A stretch of 64,000 nucleotides of DNA from a virus (Duplodnaviria; Caudoviricetes). The DNA lies in the IMG/VR virus record IMGVR_UViG_3300048503_000021, positions 32,254 to 96,253 of that record; one strand, 5' to 3'. The notes beneath the pieces were generated by a model. That model saw only the letters and a list, made by a program, of their open reading frames with translations. It searched no databases and was not told the DNA's origin. Positions 20,002 through 29,000 of the stretch are shown here, in pieces. Each line of letters opens with the position of its first letter. Within the stretch, counting starts at the first letter, position 1. The position numbers were made by a program, and so were the translations under genes.

Positions 20002-20579
20002 CACTTAAAAAAGATGGTCCGCTTTACGAGATGGGCGATCTGATTGTGGCTCCGGTCTCGATGGACCTTTTGGCCAGCGCGTACCTGACGATGAAGATAG
20101 ACGGCACGCTCTCTGTGCTGTTTTACGAGTCAGACCCAGGCATCCCGAAGTTTCTAGCCACGCACTCTGATCCCAACGCCATCACCTACGGCTGCTACCT
20201 GAAGTCTGGAGACAAGACAAAACTGGTGGGGATTGGACATATCTCTGCGGCCATTGGGAGAGGCGATGGTAGCAAGAAATCAGAACTAAGCTGTGCCTTT
20301 TTTGCCGGATACCAGCGTCGGGATATTACCTTCCCTCTATCCCAGATGATGCTGGAGCAGACCTTCGACCGCTACGACATCGACGTTCTATTTGGGACGA
20401 CGCCAGAAAAGAACAGAGCAATGCTGATGTTTATGAAAAACCTGGGGTTTGGGCACACTGCCGAGCCCATCCCTTACTTTACCACCTGGAAGGGCGAGGT
20501 TTGTGGGGTCTATGTTTCGTGGATTACGCGGGAGATGTGGCAGGATATTAGCCCCTTCAAGGACCACGATTCCAAATAA
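19998..20579 (+). CDS. GNAT-fold protein (podovirus-type gene preceding ejection proteins)
   Basis: LFGTTPEKNRAMLMFMKNLGF GNAT-like motif; gene position. Confidence 0.7.
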   Translation: MTLKKDGPLYEMGDLIVAPVSMDLLASAYLTMKIDGTLSVLFYESDPGIPKFLATHSDPNAITYGCYLKSGDKTKLVGIGHISAAIGRGDGSKKSELSCAFFAGYQRRDITFPLSQMMLEQTFDRYDIDVLFGTTPEKNRAMLMFMKNLGFGHTAEPIPYFTTWKGEVCGVYVSWITREMWQDISPFKDHDSK

Positions 20580-20593
20580 AGGAGCAGTAACTT

Positions 20594-21208
20594 ATGGGCG
20601 GCGACCAAGGACAAGGCCAGCAGAATCAGATCACCCAGCAGCAATTGGGCGTCGAACAACAGTACCTCGGGATGGCGCAGAACCAGCTTACCCAAGAGCA
20701 AACATTGACGGCCCCGCAAAAGACGTACAATACTGGCGTCATCAATGCCGCTGAAAGCGGGAACTATTCTAACCTGATCTCTGCCGCAGGCCCCGCCACT
20801 GGAACCATCGCTCAAACCGAGAAGCAGGCGCAAGAGCAAATCATGAATTCAGTCCCCGCAGGACCGGGAAGAGACTATGCTCTCGCTGCCTCCAAGCAGG
20901 GCGAAGCAACGCAGATGTCCACCACGCTCAACCAGCTTTTCCAGAATGCGCTTCAGTCCAATACCAATATCGGGTTGGCATCGGCGGGCATCGGCCTTCA
21001 GGAAACTGGTGCTGGGTTGTCAAGCGCGAACATCGCGAGCCAGTCTAACCAAGCCACCATGAACGCGAATGAACAACAAAAATCCAGCACAATGTCCATG
21101 ATTGGATCTATCGCCGGTGGTTTGGGCAGCGCGGCTGGCGGTGGCGCGTTTGGCTCTCTTGGAGGGGGTGGCGGCAGCACGGCTGGGGCAGAAGGACTGA
21201 TGGGATAG
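20594..21208 (+). CDS. internal virion / DNA ejection protein
   Basis: MGG start, Gln/Ala/Gly-rich helical sequence, AAGGAG RBS. Confidence 0.65.
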   Translation: MGGDQGQGQQNQITQQQLGVEQQYLGMAQNQLTQEQTLTAPQKTYNTGVINAAESGNYSNLISAAGPATGTIAQTEKQAQEQIMNSVPAGPGRDYALAASKQGEATQMSTTLNQLFQNALQSNTNIGLASAGIGLQETGAGLSSANIASQSNQATMNANEQQKSSTMSMIGSIAGGLGSAAGGGAFGSLGGGGGSTAGAEGLMG

Positions 21209-21243
21209 CACACTCGATTCTTTAAGAGTAGAGGGCTATAGCC

Positions 21244-23043
21244 TTGTCCACTACTCCCGTAGTCACGAGTCCACCTCCCGATACTGCCCAGACGACGGCT
21301 ACTACGGCTAATCCAGCAGCCGGGCCGTTCAGTTCATTCCTTGACCCGTCCCAAATCGCGCCTTCTACCTATCAGGCTTCCCAGCAACGCCCTAGCGGTT
21401 ATATGGGGAAGCTGGGCAAGGGGGCGATGATAATTGACAAGTTCCTTGAAGGAATGTCCAAGGGCCGGGCAATGCAATATGCCAAGTCGCGGCAGAAAGA
21501 AGCGGATATTTATAACCGGATTGGGCAGACAGAGGAGTACGTCCGTAAATCTGACATTGACCCAGCTTTGCAGAAGCAGCAAATTGACAAACTAGAGGCC
21601 TTGAGGCTTGGGATATTGAGGGATCAGACTAGCCCCGACGCGGCGGGTGGTGGTGGGGATTCTGGGCAGGGTGGCAAGAAAAAGGGGAAGAAGGACGATC
21701 AGGATCAAAGCCCCATCGTGAAGTTTTTCCATCAGGCCGCAACCAACATGCTTGGTCCCGGTGCTCAGGCGTCGTCTTTCGACGAGAAGACCGTAAGGGC
21801 AACGCTGGGCGACGTGTCGCATGACGTGAGGATGGCGCAGTCGCAGACGGCACAGATTGCTCAATTCGGATCAATTGCTATAAACAAGATAAGTAAAGGG
21901 TTGTCGGACGGCACTATTAAGAGCAGGGCGGATATTTTCAAAGATCCAGAACTTGCTCAAATCATGAATGCTTTAGGGAAAACCCCAACCGACAAATTAC
22001 CTTCTGGTTTAGTTGAAATAATCAAATCCATCCCAGAGAAGGCCGAAACAGCTAAAGTCACCGACTATGGCACAGCCGAAGTGGACGGGAAACAAATCAA
22101 TGTCGTTAGGACAGACAAAGGATTAGAGGATGGGAAGGGGAATCCCGTTTCTCTTGACACCATTAAGCCGGGAAGCCTTCGCATGGGCAATGAATCCGCC
22201 CCGAAGCCCCCCACAGAGAAGCAGGTTGAGCTTGACCGCGCCTATGCGTCTTGGTCTAAGACACTGGGCAAGGACAAACTGGACGACGGCGAAAAGAGCA
22301 TCGTTGCCGACCTGGAGAGGACGCCTAACAGCCCACTCAGTATAGAGATACAGGCGAATCTCTTAAAGCAGAAGGGGTCGAAGAATTTAGAACTGGCGAA
22401 GAATCAAGCTATTCTACTTACGTCCCAAGAGAGGCAAACGTCAATTGCGGAGAAGGCAGCGAACGCCAGTTTGAGAATTGCCCTCGAAAGAATGAACCTT
22501 GACGACAAGAAGAACAAGTACAACCCGAGGGAACTGGACGACGTATCCAGGTCCATCATCAACGATGTTCACGGGGACGGGACTCCGGGGCAGGCGAAAG
22601 CATTGGAGGATCTTCGCAAATCAGCGAGCGACCCGAAAGACCCCAAGCGCACAGAGAGCGCGGGTGCTCTTAGAAAAATGGCTCTTGAGAATGTTAGAGA
22701 TCACCCCGAGTTCTACCAGCACCTAACCGACCAACAGCGCGAACAGGTTATCCATCACATCGACGGGATGCCTGTGGATAAGATTGTGGGCAGGGGCGGG
22801 AGCGCGGCTGCCGCCCCTGCTATACAGGGTCTTCACGGCAACAATACCGGGGCGAAACCCGGGCAGGACTCCGGGAGAAAGACCGACGACGTTCCGCAGA
22901 CAGTTTCCAAGGTGAAGTCGCCAGCGGGAGCCGTTCTTCCCAAGGGACAAATTTGGGTTCAGGCCCCAGACGGGTCTGTCGGCTACATTCCAGCGGACAA
23001 GAAAGACGATTTCGCTAAAAAGCATCCAGGCTCGGTATTCTAG
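21244..23043 (+). CDS. internal virion / ejection protein
   Basis: 599 aa, helical; C-terminal IWVQAPDGSVGYIP motif. Confidence 0.65.
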   Translation: MSTTPVVTSPPPDTAQTTATTANPAAGPFSSFLDPSQIAPSTYQASQQRPSGYMGKLGKGAMIIDKFLEGMSKGRAMQYAKSRQKEADIYNRIGQTEEYVRKSDIDPALQKQQIDKLEALRLGILRDQTSPDAAGGGGDSGQGGKKKGKKDDQDQSPIVKFFHQAATNMLGPGAQASSFDEKTVRATLGDVSHDVRMAQSQTAQIAQFGSIAINKISKGLSDGTIKSRADIFKDPELAQIMNALGKTPTDKLPSGLVEIIKSIPEKAETAKVTDYGTAEVDGKQINVVRTDKGLEDGKGNPVSLDTIKPGSLRMGNESAPKPPTEKQVELDRAYASWSKTLGKDKLDDGEKSIVADLERTPNSPLSIEIQANLLKQKGSKNLELAKNQAILLTSQERQTSIAEKAANASLRIALERMNLDDKKNKYNPRELDDVSRSIINDVHGDGTPGQAKALEDLRKSASDPKDPKRTESAGALRKMALENVRDHPEFYQHLTDQQREQVIHHIDGMPVDKIVGRGGSAAAAPAIQGLHGNNTGAKPGQDSGRKTDDVPQTVSKVKSPAGAVLPKGQIWVQAPDGSVGYIPADKKDDFAKKHPGSVF

Positions 23044-23045
23044 TC

Positions 23046-26000
23046 ATGCCTAGCGATGTGTTTGCTGAGTATGGGGGTGCTCTTGTAACTGCTCCGCCAG
23101 ATGCCAAGACAGACATCTTTGCGGAGTATGGTGGGAAATCTGTATCTACCCCTAAGCCGAACCTAGCCGCCGCTAGCGCAGAGGCCGAACGGGCTGCGGT
23201 TACGCACATGGGGCCAGTTACCCCTCCGGGGGAAGAAAAGCGACCGCTCTCAACCGTGCCTGGGGCAGAGAAAACGGGGCTACCTGGGGTGCCGTTGGTG
23301 GGCACATACCGGCCCATTATCCCGATGGGAGTTCCGCAACCGCAGGTTCCGTATGGGCTGCAATCTCCCGAAGAACAAGCAAAGAGCGCCCCTCAGTTTA
23401 CAAACCCGCGCACGGGAGCAAAGTCCCCTCGCGTGCCTCCAGGCCAAGAGGGCGGGCCAGTCTCTTGGATGACCGACATGCCGATCACTGGGGCTCAGCG
23501 GGTGGTGGCTGGCGTTGAGGGGTTGGGCAAGCCTGCGGAAGCGTTTGCCACCCCCGACAAGCCGGGTGGCTACGGCAACAAACTGACGCCTGAACTGAGG
23601 AAGCAGGCCTCTGCCGCTGGGACGGAAATCATAACTGGCGGGCTGGAGGTAGCGACTCCGTTTATGATCGCGGGCGCAGCCGTTGCGCCGGTTACGGCGC
23701 TCAAAGCCGTTGGCCTGTACGCGGGGACGGAATATGCTACCCGCAAGGGGCTTGAGTCGGCTGGAGTTGCTCCAGAACATGCTCGATTCTTCGGCCAAGT
23801 GGCCGGGCTGGCTTCCGGCTCTATCCCCATCGGCCTGAAGATCATCGACGCAAGGCTGGAAGCGCACAACGAAATTGCCGAGAAGTTGTTCCAGGAAGAA
23901 GCCGAAGGCGGGCAACGTATCGAGAAGATGCGCGATGTTATCGCTCAGAGCCCTGAGATCGCTAAGCCCATCCCCGTATCCATTGGCGGCAAACCGCATG
24001 AGATTCGCTTCCTGGATGTTGGCAAGAACGGACGTCTCTCCCGCGAGGTCATTGATCTTAAAACAGGGAAGCGCGTATATGCAGGATACGACAAGGCCGT
24101 TTCTGGATGGCTCCATATCCATGCCGACGCCGAGCAAGGTCCTGTCGTAAAACTGACGGTTAAGGATGCTACGGGCAAGGTAATCGAAGAAGGGCTCATC
24201 ACCCCAGAGCAAGCCGACTTTGCCAAAGACCTTGTGGCGTCTAAGGCTCCCGACCACACCGTAACGATTGAGCCGGTCGAGCAAGCGCCGAAACCAGCCG
24301 CCGAAGCCGCCACTACGGAACCGCCCGTAACGTCAAAGAAAGGAGGTTCTGAGCGTGTCACGCCCGAAGGGCAACAGCCCGGAAAGGAAGTGATCCAGCC
24401 ATCTAGCGCGGAGGCCCCTGCCCCGAAGACAGAGGCGGGGGCTACTGCGCCTACGGCGGATTTCAAGCCGGGGCAGGTATGGAACTTAAACGGCGGGGCT
24501 TACGCTGTCACCAGCATCGAGGCCGACGAATCCGGCAAGCCTATCGTTAAATACGACTTCACCGGGCCGAAGGGGAATAAGAACCCCAACCAGAAGATCC
24601 CCCTTGCTGCGTTTACCAGCATGATGTCGAAGGGCAAGCTCCAGGGTGCGGCAGAGGGCACTGCTGCGCCACCAGCGGCGGCGGAGCCACCGGCCAAGGC
24701 GGAAGCGGCCAAGCCCGTAGAGATGCCGTCAGAGGCCAAGGCAGAGCCAATTAAGCCGCCGCTCAAGCCGAAGCCTGCGCCGAAGCCCGTTGAGTCTGCA
24801 TCCAGACAAGCGCCGCCTGCTGATGCGGCTAAGTCCGAATCTACACCCGCGAAGGTAGCCGGGGTTATATCTAGGGAAAGCAACAACTTACCGAATAAAG
24901 CCCCCCCCGAGGTGGCCACCCCTAAGGCCGTGACCGAGCCACCCGCGCCGAAGCTCGACCCTGAAGAACTCCCTGCGATGAAGCGGCTTAGGGCGGCAGG
25001 GCAAGCCATCTCCGACACGGAACTGACGCAGCTTCAACTGCCCAAGGCCAAAGTGATACTGGCGAAGCTCAAGCAGGTAGGGGAAGCTGCATTAGCGGAG
25101 GCCGACAAGCAGACCGATCCCAGCGCAGCGGCAGAGCTAAGAAGGGTTGCGGCAGAGACGGACAAGCGGGCGGAGAGCATCCGCAACAGGGCGAAGGTGC
25201 TGGAGCAAGAGCAGGCGGCGAAGGCCGCGCCGAAGGCGACACCAGCACCGCCTACTACACAAAACGCTCCCTCAAATGAGGCGAAAAAGCAGGAAGTAGC
25301 GGCTGATAACTTAACAGAGGGCAACGAGTTAAGTTCTGCGTCTGTAAAACCTGCTCAGATTATTCCAAAAGATATTCCTCCCGTGACGAGAGCCAAGGCA
25401 GCAGACTTCAAGGTGGATTCCGCGAAGCCGGAAGATCTGGTTGCATCACAGGACTTCCAGAAATGGGCTGGAGATCCCAACCAAAAGCGTTCTTTCCGCG
25501 ATACCTACGGGGACGCCATCCGCATTGCGGATCAAATCCGAGATGCTATCAAGAGTGGGCGTCCAGCCGCTACTATTGAAGCGCAGAGAGAGGCATTAAG
25601 GGAGGCTCTTGAAGAGATCGGCGTGAAGGCGGAAGCCAAGCCCACGGATCTCATATCGATTCCAGCTAGATCGAAATCCCGCGATACGGACAAGGGCTAT
25701 GAACAGTGGGCAAAGGATGTCCACAACCTGAGCCTGTCCACCTACCGAGACAAGACACCATTCGCGCCAAGTGACTTGACGAAGCTAACGGATACACAAC
25801 TGGAGGATCTGAAGTCGGCTGTCGATGAGGCTGCGTCTTGGCACCCCAAGGTCCAGCCCGGTAGAGATCTGGTCTTCACCTCGCCAGAGCAAGCGGCGTC
25901 GATGAAGTGGTGGGACAAGCAGCGGGACGACATCAAGAAGGAGTTCTGGAGGCGTGGAGAGCCAGCACGCGAGGCCGAGAAGCAGGCGAACAAGGTCGCG

Positions 26001-29000
26001 GCAGACAAGAAGGACCAGGAAGCCTTCGAGCGAGCCACGACCGTCAGGCCCAAGAACCCTACGCTCAAGGACGTTGACGCTCAGCGGGACAAGGACATTC
26101 CCGAAGGCTACCGCGTCTCGGGATACTCAGGCGGGCAGCGCCTACTGACGCAGGCCGGGCAGTTTAGCGTCTACCAGACATTCGATACGAGAGAGTGGGG
26201 ATGGTACGACGAGAAGGTCGGCCCTTCTAAGAAGGTGAAGGAGCGATACCAGGAAGGAGTCAAGTCCCCAATCACTCAAAAGTATATCGACGACGAGACC
26301 GCCTACATTTATGGCCCGTGGGCAAAAGAGCGCAAAGTTGCGACCGCGCCTCCTCCCGCGCAAGCGACCGTGCCGCCGCCCTCAGCCGTAGACAAAGAAC
26401 TGCCTGCGGCGAAGAAGAATACCGTGGAGCCGTCTGTCGAACGCTACGAGGAGTTGCAGAAAGAAGTCCGCGCCATACAGAAGAACCCCGTCTATGCAGA
26501 AGACACGCACGAGGGGATGCAGCTTCGAGACCGTGCCCTTGAGTTAGAAGACGAGATGCTGTTGCACCGCAAAGTGGCGATAGCGAAGTATCAGGCAGAC
26601 ATTGACAGGGAAAAGGCGGAACGTGAAGCCAAGGCCAAGAAGGCCGAACCCCCAGCGGTGAAGAAGGCGGAGCATAAACCCGCACCAGCAGCCGAGAAAC
26701 CACTTGAAACCAAGGAAGAAAAGAAGCAAACTAAAGCGGAAGAGAAGCCCGATGAGCAGCCAAAGCGATCTGACGACCGAGCAGTTGGAGAAGGGCCAAA
26801 GGTTTCAGGAACTCGTAAACCAAGCGTCCGACCGATTGCGGGTGAGGGGACGAAGATTCGTGTTCCAGGACGAGATCGAGCCTACGCCGCCGTCTACTCC
26901 GTCCGAGAACTCTCCGACACCTACCCAAGCCACGACCCGTTCTCCTTTGAGCGAAACGCCGACTACCACCACCTGAACGACCGGGACTATACCGATCCCG
27001 TCGCACAAACTCGCGTTATCGTCAACAGCGGGGCAAAGTTCGATCCTGATTATCTAATCACGGATGATCCCACGGCCACCAACGGCCCGTCTATTATTGA
27101 CCCGGATGGTAACGTCTTAGGCGGGAACAACCGGCGCATGACGCTGGAGCGCGTGTACGCGCAGAACCCCAAGGGGGCCGCTGCGTATCGCGCCTTGTTG
27201 GTGAAAAAAGCGGCTGTGTTCGGGCTTGACCCCAAAGCAATTGAAGGGATTAAGAAGCCCATATTGGTTCGGGAATTGAAGGACGCGGATGTCAAGCCAC
27301 AACGCGCCATAACCGATCTAAACAAGGGTACTACTGCCGCACTTTCGCAGGGAGAGCGGGCTACTGCTGACGCCAGAAGCATGACGGCAGAGACGGCCAG
27401 CCACATTGCCAGCGTCTTGGAATCTGTGGGGCCAGACGTAAACCTGAATGATGTCCTCAGTTCAAAGTATGGGCCGGTGCTCATCAACCGCCTCATCCGC
27501 GAGGGCATCTTCACAGAAGAGGAACGTCCCGCCCTACTAGATGACAAGAATGGAACCGTCACCAAGGAAGCTAAAAACCGAACGGCCAAGATGTTACTGG
27601 GGGATCTGTTCACAGACAACCAGCAATTTGAACGAGCAGAACCTTCTCTTCGCAACAAGCTAGAGCGTACCGTCGTTTGGCTAAAGAAGGTCGAGCGCGT
27701 CCCTAGGTGGGGCCTGACCAAAGACGTGCGCGATGCCATCTCCCTGATTGAGCACGAGCGCGACGAGAAGGAATACCAAGAGGCGCACGGATTCAAGGCT
27801 GGTGGGTTCTTGGCTGAAAACCAAGCCGATATGTTCGGTGGCGCTGGCGAGAGACCACAAGTATCTGAGAAGGCCGAGAGAATAGCCGAGTTCATAAAGG
27901 GGAACAGCCAAAAGAGTATTGCCCAAGCATTTAAGTCCTATGCTGCGGATGCGGCCAAGTCCTATGCTGCGGATGCGGCCAAAGCAGAGGAGTTGTTCGC
28001 AGAGAGGGCGCAGGAGATGCCCACAGGGAAGGCTCCAGGGGAAGCATTTGATGACTCTTTCGGGGCAGCGAAGAAGGAACCTGAGCCATCTGCCAAAGCC
28101 GATACCGGCCCAATCAAAACGCAAGCCCCGCCGCAGGCGGCAGCGGAGCCGGAGTCTGCATCCAGACAGACGGCTCCCCCTCCCGGCGCTGGCAGCGTCA
28201 CTCTTGGAGGTGGCCTGGGCGCGCTTGATCCCTACGTGGAAGAGGCTATCGACGTAGCCAAGAAGTACACTCCGCTCGTCATGTCGCACTTGGCAGAATT
28301 GCCTCCTGTCCAGGGTGCGGCTGAGACGATGAAGCTGGCTCGGCAGGCATTTGACCCACGGCATAACGTCTCCTTCGGCGCTCTGAACTCCGTGATGAAG
28401 CGTAACGGGAGCATGGTGGAGTTTAACTGGATTTTGCAGCAGCTTGGGGATCGGTGGCGTAGCCTGTTCGATGCGATGCCCGCCCGTATGCAAGTGGGGT
28501 TCGTTGATGCCATCCGGCATGGGCGCAAGCAGAAGGCGCAACTCCCAGCGCGAAGCAGCCTATTTGGGAAGAGGGAAGCACAGGACATATCCGCGCCGTT
28601 ACAAGAGGCGGCTGACTTCTTTAGGGGCGTAGACGACGATCTCTACCATTCCCTGCAAGAAGTGGGTGTCAATCCAGAATATCTGGAGAACCACTACCGG
28701 ACTCTGTGGAAAGTGATCCCCTCATTTGGGGAGCCGTCAGACAAGCGTGGGTTCAAGGGCGTCACTAAGCAGAGGCTTGAAGGCACCAAGGGGATGCTGA
28801 AAAAGCACGTCTTCGAGGATATGAGCGAAGGCTTGCGTTGGGACTTCTCCGCGTTGACGGAAGAGGAAGTCCATGCCGCCATGCAGAAGGCTGGGATCAG
28901 GCCGGATGGGTACAAGGTGGAGCAGGGTGTCGATAACCTGGAGGTGACGCCTTTCTCAGACAAGGCCATAGACGCCCTCAACAAACTGGAGAAGAGTGGG

